Source: a virus
Taxonomy: Duplodnaviria; Caudoviricetes
Direction: 5' to 3' (one strand)
Virus record (IMG/VR): IMGVR_UViG_3300005805_007239
Span: 6,121 to 70,120 of that record
Length of the DNA: 64,000 bases
Under the pieces are notes generated by a model. That model did no database searches and had not been told where the DNA came from. It saw nothing but the letters and a program-made list of their open reading frames with translations. Positions 49,901 to 57,100 of this stretch are shown one piece after another. The position numbers and the translations under genes are program-made. Positions within the stretch are counted from its first letter, which is position 1; every line of letters starts with the position of its first letter.

Positions 49901-50379
49901 CCATTATTACGTAATGCAAATCTTGTAAAATAGCCAGCACCTACCGAAGTATATGAATAACCAGCAATAGTACCATTTATAGTAGTATTATTACCAATTT
50001 GACCGGCTGTATTATCTCCCCAGGCAAATAGACCACCGTCTTTACGTATTGCATAAGAATTTGAGTTACTAGCGGCAACCGAAACCCAACTACTTGTACC
50101 AATCTGTACAGGAGAAGAAACAAATCTAAAAGCAAGATTATTTCCTACTTGGCCGAAGTCGTTACTACCCCAAGCAAACAGAGCGCCGTCAGAACGTATT
50201 GCAACAACATGGCTTGTACCTTCTGCAACTGCTGACCAATAGCTTGTACCGACTAAAACTGGAGAGCTTTTATATACAAAAGTACCGTCCCCTATTTGTC
50301 CGTATACATTATCTCCTCCAAGGTACAGTTTAGATGCACCTTTGAGCGGAGAAGCCATTAGCCATCTTACTAGATTCAT
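37963..50379 (-). CDS. Giant RCC1/BLIP-II repeat protein (about 78 blades, about 11 beta-propellers)
   Basis: 4138 aa of about 50-aa repeats SSPVQIGTSSW.QV..G.....AIRSDGALF.WG.N..GQLGD.TT, which match the RCC1 repeat consensus. Blades counted by hand. Confidence 0.9.
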   Translation of the reverse strand: MNLVRWLMASPLKGASKLYLGGDNVYGQIGDGTFVYKSSPVLVGTSYWSAVAEGTSHVVAIRSDGALFAWGSNDFGQVGNNLAFRFVSSPVQIGTSSWVSVAASNSNSYAIRKDGGLFAWGDNTAGQIGNNTTINGTIAGYSYTSVGAGYFTRFALRNNGAPVILGPYTNSIANNTSVYSNLWPKTIKIPAQYSDENYNQFYVNSAQSIYQEVAANDTYSYERNTAYIRSDGALFLRGRNSYGELGTNSTIDNFSYAQIGTSSWTQVCIEGANGAAIRSDGALFTWGVNSYGALGQSLYPGDNHCSSPVQVGTSSWSQVALKRSLYNASMFGAAIRSDGALFAWGDSDILYTGGAFGNNGATSNLNISWSQVGRGYHLNALISVDNKLYTGYGGYTGDGFTGVDPNALGGPRFLQKIGDQSWTQVATGDYARLAIRSDGALFGWGDNFSGGIPPTVGTSPGMYLSPVQIGTSSWTQVYLSVSTSIAAAIRSDGRLFTWGTGTAGQLGNNSTTAQYSPVQIGTSSWSQINLNPGHILALRTDGALFTWGVNTSGELGDGTTLNRSSPVQIGTSSWSQLKSGNGNQVSFAVRTDGALFAWGLNSTGQLGDGTTVSKSSPVQIGTSSWTLVYGATQTVTNIVLTLAIRSDGGLFAWGSNTTGVLGDGTTTNKSSPVQIGTSSWTQVISSRTTTIALRTDGALFTWGQASTGGIGDNTTVNKSSPVQIGTSSWIQVYATPGLLTFSALRSDRLLFYWGGLNVDNTGPRNLSSPVQIQTSAFSSPVQIGTSSWSQIVLGPYNAIAIRNDKSLFVWGGNSAGQIGDGTTVDKSSPVQIGTSSWTKVFSLPTYTSAAIRLDGALFAWGDGGVGQLAQNSTIYRSSPVQVGTSSWTAIASEDSTANVIAIRGDGALFAWGGGALISPLDSVGDGTTLSRSSPVQIGFNTFVQSPVQIGTSSWTAVTAGKSYASAIRTDGGLFAWGLNNTYQLGDGTTINRSSPVQIGTSSWALVNAGERTTVGITSNRSLFGWGNNENFATGVSDFVSPVSVGPGWNSTAIVSRNGRLYAWGYNVAGTIGDGTTVNKSWPVQIGTSSWSQVHGGASHTAAINSIGQLYAWGLNTSGQLGDNTSINRSSPVLISTSSWTQVRLGLSHTMALRTDGALFAWGSNSNAQLGLNINSFTANFSSPVQVGTSSWIQIGTNNLTTHAIRSDGGLFGWGDNSVGQIGNNTVNVDGTLSWTQVANGFASATQFRTFGIRSDGALLAWGAGNNYGELGIGVFGFRSSPVQLGTSSWSQVAAGQFHALAIRTDGALFAWGRNDNGGALGDNTIISKSSPVQIGTSSWSKVGAGADHSVAIRSDGALFAWGYNVYGAAGDNSTLNRSSPVQLGSSSWTVVAAGNNNAAAIRSDGRLFTWGKGDYGVLGESVYPYLNRSSPVQVGTSSWTQVGQGFAHTIAIRSDGGLFAWGSNLYGELGQNSINITNAAQSWSSLGTYSNTWHGADIRTDGALFIFGPNLDGQLGINSTINTYSPVQVGTSSWTQVVCAQGASTYAIRSDGALFAWGLNDFGALGDNTTVKKSSPVQIGTSSWIQLAAGMAIAASGQTYGYAYTPIAIRKDGALFAWGRNDLYQIGDGTTINRSSPVLIGGSTSFTQVTYGLGIGVNSPTGRSYAIRSDGSLFTWGAYGDTGPGNGTFFAGDNISWTQISAGTNHVAAIDSNSKLYTWGINANGQLGDSTTVTKSSPVQIGTSNWSQVVASDRHTLAMRSDGALFTWGLNNFGQLGAGTTVSRSSPVQVGTSSWTQISSRADSSIAIRTGGSLFTWGYNNVGQLGDNTTINKSSPVQIGTSSWTQVAIGTSITGAIRSDGGLFTWGYNNFGSIGDNTIINRSSPVQIGTSSWTQVSMLSYTAAIRSDGRLFTWGPNIAFSGILGDGTFQPRSSPVQVGTSSWSQVRAGRNSFAIRSDGALFGWGLNQTSNIDPGGLGINNISYNDYRQSWTQIKGGGSNGFGTGQILALRNDGGLFFLGNSSSGSGGIPEFAGFSSIIYPLQIGTSSWTQIDACPNNSAAIRSDGALFTWGANNSGQLGDNTTINKSSPVQIGTSSWIQVALTSSTFNNTYAAIRSDGALFTWGHGVAGALGSNATVSRSSPVQVGTSSWIQVAGYRTGNSLPAFSAIRSDGALFTWGVNQDGQLGDGTTIQRSSPVQIGTSSWTIVSGNAAIRSDGALFTWGANSNGQLGDGTTVAKSSPVQIGTSSWTFISTMGSLANFAIRVDGALFGWGLNSISSSITYNVGNASRYNTSSPVQIGIGSSWSFVHNYPLFGFGSIIDQVGVVAIRSDKTLYGWGPGAGQTLWNATVPLVSAGGPYPYNAGIQFQPGNLPNTPTAIGYYPFYASPVQIGTDSWTLITTGGNTTAYGIRNSKIYHWGYNGYDGGAAFPIGDGTTAPRSSPVQIGLDKVYRTPTQITNISWSQVHAGLEANLGVSTDNKLYTWRSGSSGELGSSNTSEVVLSPRDLHARSWKWVGNTLNDTTGAIRNDGALFMWGQGLNGPLGNNTINSTSSPVQVGTSSWIMVDSDGSRSANAIRDFDYAVFGWGWNSLGQVGDNTTIQRSSPVQIGTLKAEKITHAPGSTFAIEKWSNALVAWGFNGNGNLGDGTVISRSSPVYIGTSKWRDINSYLATYAIREDGALFAWSGQYSGPYVSAGLYATGNNSEPVRSSPVQIGTSSWTQVSTNLYNTLAIRSDGALFGWGMFNAGQLGTNESWNDRKNYTKSWAQVAFGFSHAVGVRSDGLLFTWGYDINGSGVLGDNTISSKYYSPLQIGTSSWTKVGAGEYQSFAIRTDGALFAWGNNGSGALGDNTVINRLSPVQIGTSSWTQVDGSAGTTVAIRTDGGLFTWGSGTNGALGSNATTARSSPVQVGTSSWTQIRGGNTTVFAIRNGGSLFAWGYNQLGWLGDNTTINKSSPVQIGTSSWTFISTRHAIRSDGALFAWGSNSLGQLGDSTTVDKSSPVQIGTSSWTQVRSGNTSYGIRSDGALFAWGSGANYNIGDNTTVSKSSPVQIGSSSWSQLGTSYRDNSNEITGAAIRTDGGLFTWGREAGGATLGDLNYIQIGIARSVFGNTLDIGYNSSPVQVGLISCYFSPVQIGTSSWSQVLAGTAAGAAIRIDGALFTWGSNYGSLADGGGQLGYNTTINSSSPIQVGTSSWTQVQGLNDYGGFAVVQTFARRSDGTLWSWGAGNRVLGLTTTAISRSSPVQIGNNGPWSTASKTASLGYANAAAIRTDGALFTWGNGGSGALGDNTTVSRSSAVQIGTSSWTQVITGVAGTQILRSDNLIYWAGGNVVDGSTNSSNAGFWQPTFSLISRSSPVLLGSLSSTSSPVQIGTSSWTQIATGALFNHNRAIRSGGSLFAWGRNNSPAGVIGDSTTTDKSSPVQIGTSSWIQVSSAHEIRSDYVLFGQGENAQGATGDGTVVTKSSPVQLGSYPVVKSPTQIGTSSWSQVYAGHTHTVALRSDGGLFTWGNNAQGQIGDNTTVNKSSPVQIGSSSWSMLTTGQNNTYGITRANLLFAWGTNLLTVGDGTLIPRSSPVQIGANPWREVYAKANTTFAIRNDGAMLVWGINELNASGTFGDGTTISRSSPVLTGSLITSPVLVDGNSWNFASAGYDNGLGVDINNRAYAWGYNRTNTYSWTTISGGSPIAAIRSDGMLFAWGLNTAGAIGDGTTVNKSSPVQIGTSSWSQVCVGPAVVHAIRSDGALFGWGAGGGSIGDGTTVAKSSPVQIGSSSWSMLPTYTGIGGTAAFAIRSDKALFGWGATNTSGQIGDNTVISRSSPVQIGTSSWTQVTHTGNSTKAIRFDGSLFCWGINTAGEVGDNTVISRSSPVQIGTSSWTQVTGCHAIRSDGALFGWGNNSNGSIGDGTYINQSSPIQIGTSSWTQVMSFIKQGGAAIRADGALFTWVGPQALPGTPIWGWGTSSGSVYTFNENGQSIYNLSPVQLGTGLSWTQIHLAAFGFGGIIARRNDNKVFMINSGRLGPAVPISGESATLENANRIVVAGNNNNTYYTTLTEFPNIASYPSPTQIGIGGTWKKVSAGAAQNYLINNANVLYSWGSSLKNNYVINYDYALSAITADIDDAGANKDFNGVRGYIKK

Positions 50380-50975
50380 ATTACCGGTGCTTCAGTAGTA
50401 GTGGTAGTACTTGTAGTAGTACTAGTTGTGGTTGTTGGTTCGGGTTGTACGTATACTGGCCAGACTATATTAAATGGGTCTTCTTGTAGAGTTATATCTG
50501 CAAGAGCAGACATATGCGCATCTAACGCTTCTATAGTATCAGGTTGAGGTAAAGATAATCTTTCATGTCTATAATATCTATTATACCTCCATTCAAAATC
50601 TTTCATAAACTGATCTCTAATACCTCTTATTACAGACCATTGGAATTGTTTATTTTCATATTCTAGTACTTCTGGTGTTAAAGGGGCCGCTCCACCACCT
50701 CCACCACCAGGACTTGGTTCAGGAGTAGGTAGATTTTCTATAACTGGCTCTTCATAGACTACTCCATCAATTACGGTATAACTGTAATCAACTATTTTTT
50801 GCGTAGCCGGATTAAAATAATACGGATTTTTTATTACTGTCTTCCACCCTAAAGCATCTAGCTCAGCCGGATAATTTAACAAATTAGGTAGATTACTAAT
50901 ATTTCTCCAATTAGTTGGTAAAATGTCGCATGTTTCTTTAACTATATTGTCTTCTACGTAAGCAAAATTTGCCAT
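50376..50975 (-). CDS. Tail fibre assembly chaperone / adapter-like protein
   Basis: WSVIRGIRD.....EW........ALADIT.Q.DPF.I.WP resembles the phage tail-assembly-chaperone domain. N-terminus MANFAYVEDNIV. C-terminal poly-Thr tail. Confidence 0.7.
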   Translation of the reverse strand: MANFAYVEDNIVKETCDILPTNWRNISNLPNLLNYPAELDALGWKTVIKNPYYFNPATQKIVDYSYTVIDGVVYEEPVIENLPTPEPSPGGGGGGAAPLTPEVLEYENKQFQWSVIRGIRDQFMKDFEWRYNRYYRHERLSLPQPDTIEALDAHMSALADITLQEDPFNIVWPVYVQPEPTTTTSTTTSTTTTTEAPVI

Positions 50976-50986
50976 GGTGCTATAGA

Positions 50987-52012
50987 TTATTTACTATCGG
51001 CCATAGATAATAAAGCTCTCCAATCAGCACCATTATCATTAGTAGAGAATACTATTATATCCGTACCAGAAGTAGTTAATGTCGAAGCAACTCCACCAGG
51101 CCATCTTGTAGTTGTAGGCCAGATCATAGTATAGGAACCGCCATTAGTTAATTCTAATATAAATCCGCCAGCATATCCAGCTGAAGGAGAGTTACTAATA
51201 GTCCACGTTACGTTACCGGTTGCGGTTGCTGAGAAATAATTTGCTGTGCTATAATTTATATTTGTTGTTCCGGTAACACTACCTAAACTTATCGCACTTA
51301 CATTAGGGCCTGAAACGCCACCACCACCGCCGGCGGCACCACTAAAACCACTAAAGCCACTAAAGCCAGACGTACCTATACCGCTGTACCCTGAATAACC
51401 ACTAAAACCGCTTATGCCTGAATACCCAGAGTAGCCTGAAAACCCGCTTATACCTGAATATCCGCTATACCCACTAAAGCCACTTATACCGGAATAACCG
51501 GAATAACCACTTATGCCTGAATACCCTGAATATCCAGAATAACCAGATGTACCTATACCAGAATAACCACTATAACCACTTCTTCCGCTATACCCGCTAT
51601 AGCCTGAAGTACCTGCTCCACCGCTTGCGTATATTGTTCCAGTAGCAGAAATATTACCAACAACAGTTAAAGCTTCATTTGGACTACTAGTGCCTATACC
51701 GACTTTAGTACCGGATACTACTAAAGCATTAGTACCATACGTACCCATTACAACACTGTCATTACTGTTTACTTCTAATATAGGTAAACCAGTAATATCC
51801 CCAACAGACATAACAACACCAGTAAGAGCATCTGTTATACTAAATAAGGAACCAGCTGAACCTATAAATGCTACTTGACCTTCAGGTAGTACCTGTAAGG
51901 TTATAGATGACGCAGAAGGATTTAACGCGCTTAACCCAGCTGATAAGCCTACAAACCGGATACTCGGATTGGTTGTTGTGTTGCGATTAGGTGTTATGAT
52001 CAGGTCTGGCAT
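50987..52012 (-). CDS. Short tail-fibre-like protein with a GYS tract
   Basis: VGIGTSSPNEALTVVGNISATG fibre motif, about 95 aa of GYS repeats, then a C-terminal beta domain (ILELTNGG...WP....WPGG....LT..GTDI..F). Confidence 0.7.
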   Translation of the reverse strand: MPDLIITPNRNTTTNPSIRFVGLSAGLSALNPSASSITLQVLPEGQVAFIGSAGSLFSITDALTGVVMSVGDITGLPILEVNSNDSVVMGTYGTNALVVSGTKVGIGTSSPNEALTVVGNISATGTIYASGGAGTSGYSGYSGRSGYSGYSGIGTSGYSGYSGYSGISGYSGYSGISGFSGYSGYSGISGFSGYSGYSGISGFSGYSGYSGIGTSGFSGFSGFSGAAGGGGGVSGPNVSAISLGSVTGTTNINYSTANYFSATATGNVTWTISNSPSAGYAGGFILELTNGGSYTMIWPTTTRWPGGVASTLTTSGTDIIVFSTNDNGADWRALLSMADSK

Positions 52013-52019
52013 CTGTTAT

Positions 52020-52025
52020 TATTTA
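52020..52025 (-). promoter_or_regulatory. TAAATA late-promoter-like motif
   Basis: 7 nt upstream of ATG 52012. Confidence 0.5.
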
Positions 52026-52032
52026 TTAAAAG

Positions 52033-52728
52033 CTATAAGCCGTATCTTCCTCTTAATGCGTTAAAGTTTTGGAGTATTTCTTGGTCTGACAATGATTTGT
52101 TATATACCATAAAGGATGATAAGTCTATTCCTGGACTTCTATAGTTATATCCTCCAATATGCAATGGTTCGCTGTTGACCGTTCTGTCGGCTAAGGCCAA
52201 TGTAACACTATCACGTACAGTATTTTTGTATACCATCATCGTACCATTTCTTGATTGAAATACCCAATTTGCCCAAACTCCTATTGGCGTTGTTATTGGA
52301 TCGGTTGTATCCATATGTTGTTGAGAACCTCCCACGTTGTTCCAAGTGCAATGAAATCTACTAGTCGCGCCAGCATAAAACCATATACCTGGTCTTCTGT
52401 TTCCATTATCGTTTCCTTTTAGGAATAACTGCGTCCAAGTACCATTATCATCAAAATTTATTTTCATCCAAAGAGAATATGCCCAGTTTAAATATGAATA
52501 GTTTAAATCCGAACTGTGAGCAATATCTATATACTCATTTGCAGAATCCAACGTAAAATTCAAAGAGCCATTTGCAAATGTTACTCCTGATTTAATGTCC
52601 CCATTGTTCCCTCGTTTTGTTAAATCAGTCCACACTGTACCTGTACCAGGGTAACTTTTAGTATTACCTGCATCTAAGCAAACTACTAAACCATCTGTAA
52701 TAATATCTGGACCACCGGCTACACTCAT
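52033..52728 (-). CDS. LamG/ConA-like lectin-fold virion protein (paralogue 3)
   Basis: P.I.TDGLV.CLDAGN.KSYPGTGT.W.DL...GN...YNKSLS..EILQNFNA.RGRY.L. Confidence 0.8.
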   Translation of the reverse strand: MSVAGGPDIITDGLVVCLDAGNTKSYPGTGTVWTDLTKRGNNGDIKSGVTFANGSLNFTLDSANEYIDIAHSSDLNYSYLNWAYSLWMKINFDDNGTWTQLFLKGNDNGNRRPGIWFYAGATSRFHCTWNNVGGSQQHMDTTDPITTPIGVWANWVFQSRNGTMMVYKNTVRDSVTLALADRTVNSEPLHIGGYNYRSPGIDLSSFMVYNKSLSDQEILQNFNALRGRYGL

Positions 52729-53435
52729 AAATTATACCTTCCTTTATTTGCATTAAAATTTTGAAGTACTTCTGTCGCGGCTAATGCTCTATTATATACT
52801 CGGACTATAGGTATAGCGCCATCAATCATATTATTCGCGGTGAGCGTGGAGTCCCATCTACGAGCTATACGTATTGCCCCTCCAGATGCGGCAGTACCTA
52901 CATAAGCAGTAGAAGAAAAAAGAGTACCATTAACATATAGTTTTATTGATGCACCGTCATAGGTACCACAATATTGATACCATACTCCAGCTGAAGGCAC
53001 ATGCGGGGACGTGTGTCTCCAATTACCATTAAAAAAAGCTGCATAAATACCTGGAAAAGTAACACCATCTACAGATGTCGTGAGAGCAAAATTTAAATTA
53101 AAAGTAACTGCATTATATATATTAGTTACTAAAGCAGATACGGTAGAATTAGCTGATGGTACTGTAGTAAATTTTACCCAAGCTTCAGCAGTCCAGTTAG
53201 GGGTATTAGCTAGACTTGTTGATGTTTCACCGTATTGAACTCCCGTACGGCTAAAAGTTAATATACCGTTATTTGCAGTGCTAAATGTTGGGGTATTTGT
53301 TAGAGTTACAGTGTTACTATTTCTACTTATATCAGTCCATGTAGCTCCAGTACCTGGGTAGCTTTTAGTATTACCCGAATCTACGCAAAGTATTAAACCA
53401 TTAGTAGCTATTTTTGGACTGTTAAAATAACTCAT
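52725..53435 (-). CDS. LamG/ConA-like lectin-fold virion protein (paralogue 2)
   Basis: Same terminal motifs, plus WYQYCGTYDG..IKLYVNG...YNRAL. Confidence 0.8.
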   Translation of the reverse strand: MSYFNSPKIATNGLILCVDSGNTKSYPGTGATWTDISRNSNTVTLTNTPTFSTANNGILTFSRTGVQYGETSTSLANTPNWTAEAWVKFTTVPSANSTVSALVTNIYNAVTFNLNFALTTSVDGVTFPGIYAAFFNGNWRHTSPHVPSAGVWYQYCGTYDGASIKLYVNGTLFSSTAYVGTAASGGAIRIARRWDSTLTANNMIDGAIPIVRVYNRALAATEVLQNFNANKGRYNL

Positions 53436-54157
53436 AGGTTGTATCTTCCTTTTGTTGCGTTAAAGTTTTGGAGTATTTCAGATTCAGATAAAGCACGGTT
53501 GTATATTTGAATTAAAGAAACACTGCCGGCAAAATATCTTTCTGAAGTAACGACGAGGCTAAAACCTCTTCCAATATTTAAATTATTCATTGTTCCAATA
53601 AATCCCGTTGGACTTCCAGCCGAACCTCTAGATATGCCAGTTGGCATTCCATTATAATAAGTAGTTGAACTATTTGGAACGTAAGTAATTGCAGCACAAT
53701 GCCAAGTATTTGCTGCAAGGCCACTTGCAACCACAGCATGTCCATAAAAAGAATTATTATTGTTGGTTATGTTTGAATAGTCCCACCCAAGCTCGCCGAG
53801 GGCGTTTAATTCTAATCTCGGGCCTATATTTCCTGTAGTTGCATTATAAGCATAATTACAGTCTAAAACATTTGCATAATTCTTAATTGAAGTAGGATAA
53901 AACCATACAATTACAGTAAATGAGGCAAAAGACCCTGATAAACTTCCAGAGACTGAATATTGGTTTGTTCCGTTGAAAACAATACTTCCTCTACTAGCGT
54001 TACTATATGTTGGTCCGCCGGTTAAAGTACCATTATACCCATTTCTACTTAAATCAGTCCAAGTAGTACCTGTACCGGGATAGCTTTTAGAGTTACCCGC
54101 ATCGAGGCAAAGTACTAAACCATTAGTTACTATGCGTGGCGTATAAAACGTAGCCAT
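53432..54157 (-). CDS. LamG/ConA-like lectin-fold virion protein (paralogue 1)
   Basis: Same terminal motifs, plus WHCAAITY....TYYNG...IQIYNRALS. Confidence 0.8.
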   Translation of the reverse strand: MATFYTPRIVTNGLVLCLDAGNSKSYPGTGTTWTDLSRNGYNGTLTGGPTYSNASRGSIVFNGTNQYSVSGSLSGSFASFTVIVWFYPTSIKNYANVLDCNYAYNATTGNIGPRLELNALGELGWDYSNITNNNNSFYGHAVVASGLAANTWHCAAITYVPNSSTTYYNGMPTGISRGSAGSPTGFIGTMNNLNIGRGFSLVVTSERYFAGSVSLIQIYNRALSESEILQNFNATKGRYNL

Positions 54158-54158
54158 G

Positions 54159-57100
54159 TTAATACTCCACTTTTAATTTAGGTATGTCTTTACGTTCAGC
54201 CTGTATAAAGAAATAACTATTTATATCTTTATTAAAAATATTTTCGTTTTTAATATACACTTCCGTAGGGGTAATTCTATCTACAATTAATTTTTGGAAA
54301 TGCCCAATTGGTGTAAGCTGTACTGTTACAGTACTTTCATCTACTAGTTGAGGCCAATATTCAGGTAAAGGAATTATACTTTCTTTAGTTATACCTCTTA
54401 TGAATACTGAATGCTCAGGTCCTTCTGCTACACCGTATTCAAGTTTCTTGTAAGGCTTTGTTGGGTGCTTAATAACAAAGCTCTTAGTAGTAGCTGCAAA
54501 TGACCCGCTTACTTCTAGAGAGTAACTCGGGGTAACAGTATTAATACCAACAAAACCACCGCTTGTAGCGTAGAATCTTACGTTACCAGCTCCATCAGAA
54601 ATTACTATATTACGACTAGAGCTTGTAAGATTAAGACCTCCGGCATTACCATTAAAATTACCAATTACTACGTTTTCATTGCCTGGAGCAACTGCACTTA
54701 ATGCTCCAAAACCTACAGCAATGTTATTAGTAGAAGTAGTAGTATTAAAGAGAGCGTTTGTACCTATACCTATATTACCAGTACCGGTGCTTATAGAATT
54801 ACCTGCTTGATAACCGATCCCGATATTATTAGTACCGGTATTAACTGTTGAAAGAGCATTATACCCTACTGCAGTATTTCTTACATCAGTGTTACTAACA
54901 CTGTTTAGACTGTTCCATCCTAGTGAAACGTTAGTATTAGTTGCAGAAGCTGTATAACCATATACTGTACCAAGAGCTCTTGCGCTTGCAGGTGCAGATG
55001 CGCTACTTGAACCACTATAACCGGAGTAACCTGAAGTACCGATACCGCTATAACCAGAGTAGCCACTTATCCCTGAATAACCAGAGTAACCTGAAAACCC
55101 ACTTATACCGCTATAGCCAGAGTAACCACTCGTACCACCACTGCCAGCATCTCCTGCACGTGTAAAGGAAATAACAATACTACCATTGTTGCTTAAAGTA
55201 TTATTACCTTCTACGTATGTTACATTAACCTTATAGTAGCCCGTTGCAGCAACAATACTGTTAATCTGGAAAGTTAAATATGTCGCACTCGAAACTCTGT
55301 TAAATACTCTTAGAGTGCCTTTTACGGTATTAGTAGAATCATCTAATGCAGCTAACCAACTTGCTGTTGAGGCACTATCTCCATTAGTGTTACTGACGTA
55401 AATTTGAGTAGTACTTGTTTGAGTTAAATTATTAAACCGTAAAAACCCAGCGCCTGGATCAGAATCAGTAACTGTTGTTGAGAATGTGTATGGTTGACTA
55501 TCTCCGCCAAATATACCTTGATATCCACTGTAACCGCTAATACCAGAGAAGCCACTTGCACCGGAATAACCAGAGTAGCCACTAAAGCCAGATACACCTG
55601 AGTAGCCGCTGTAGCCTGAAAAACCTGATATACCAGAGTAACCTGAATAACCTGATACCCCGCTATAACCCGAATAGCCTGAGTAACCGCTTACGCCAGA
55701 ATAGCCACTGTAACCAGAATAGCCACTTCTGCCGCTATAGCCAGAATAACCGCTAAAGCCGCTTATACCGGAATAGCCTGAATAGCCCGATACCCCGCTA
55801 TAGCCTGAATAACCGCTTACTCCACTATAACCGGAATAACCGGAGAAGCCACTTATGCCACTGTAACCAGAATAACCGCTAAAACCGCTTATACCTGAAT
55901 ACCCACTATACCCGCTAAAACCACTTATACCGCTGTAGCCAGAGTAACCGCTAAAACCACTTATACCGCTGTAGCCTGAATACCCGCTAACCCCGCTAGC
56001 CCCACTATAACCAGAATAGCCTGAAATACCACTTGCTCCACTATACCCAGAATAGCCTGAAAGACCGGAATAACCTGAATAGCCGCTAAAACCGCTTGTA
56101 CCGGAGTAGCCTGAATAACCACTAAAACCGCTTATACCGGAATAGCCTGAATACCCGCTAAAGCCGCTTGTACCACTATAGCCACTGTAACCGCTAAAGC
56201 CGCTTATTCCGCTATAGCCAGAATAGCCTGAGGTACCAGAATAGCCTGAGTAACCACTAAAACCGCTTGTACCGCTGTAACCTGAATAGCCACTAAAACC
56301 AGAAATACCTGAATAGCCGGAATAGCCTGAATAACCGGAGAAGCCGCTTACCCCTGAATAACCAGAGTAACCGCTATACCCTGAAGTACCTACTGCTCCG
56401 GAATAACCACTATAACCCGAAAAACCACTAATACCACTATAGCCAGAGTAGCCACTTATACCGGAGTAGCCTGAGTAACCAGATTGCCCGCTGTATCCTG
56501 AATAACCGCTAAACCCGCTTATACCTGAGTAGCCTGAGTAACCAGAGAAGCCACTAATACCACTGTAACCGGAATAGCCGCTTAAACCTGAATAGCCAGA
56601 ATAGCCACTTATGCCAGAATAACCGCTATAACCAGATTGGCCACTATAACCGGAGTAACCGCTTAAACCAGAGTAACCACTATAACCTGAGAATCCGCTT
56701 ATACCACTATAGCCACTATAGCCTGAAAAGCCTGATAGCCCGCTATAACCGGAATAACCACTTGTACCAGAATAACCAGAGTAGCCACTCGTTCCAGAAT
56801 ACCCCGAGTAACCACTTATACCGGAATAGCCTGAGTAGCCAGAGAAGCCACTAATACCGCTGTATCCGGAGTAGCCACTTATACCAGAGTAGCCAGAGTA
56901 GCCAGACTCTCCACTATAACCGGAATAACCTGAATAACCAGATTGACCGCTATAGCCACTATAACCAGACCGGCCACTATACCCACTATAGCCTGATAAA
57001 CCAGAATAGCCTGAGTACCCGCTTTCCCCAGAATAACCAGAGTAGCCACTTATACCAGAGTAACCACTATAGCCAGATTGCCCGCTATAACCTGAGTAAC

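Noticed and set aside
52033-54157. Diversity-generating retroelement acting on LamG or fibre C-termini
   Set aside because: No reverse transcriptase in the window, and no repeat pair differing only at adenines was seen.
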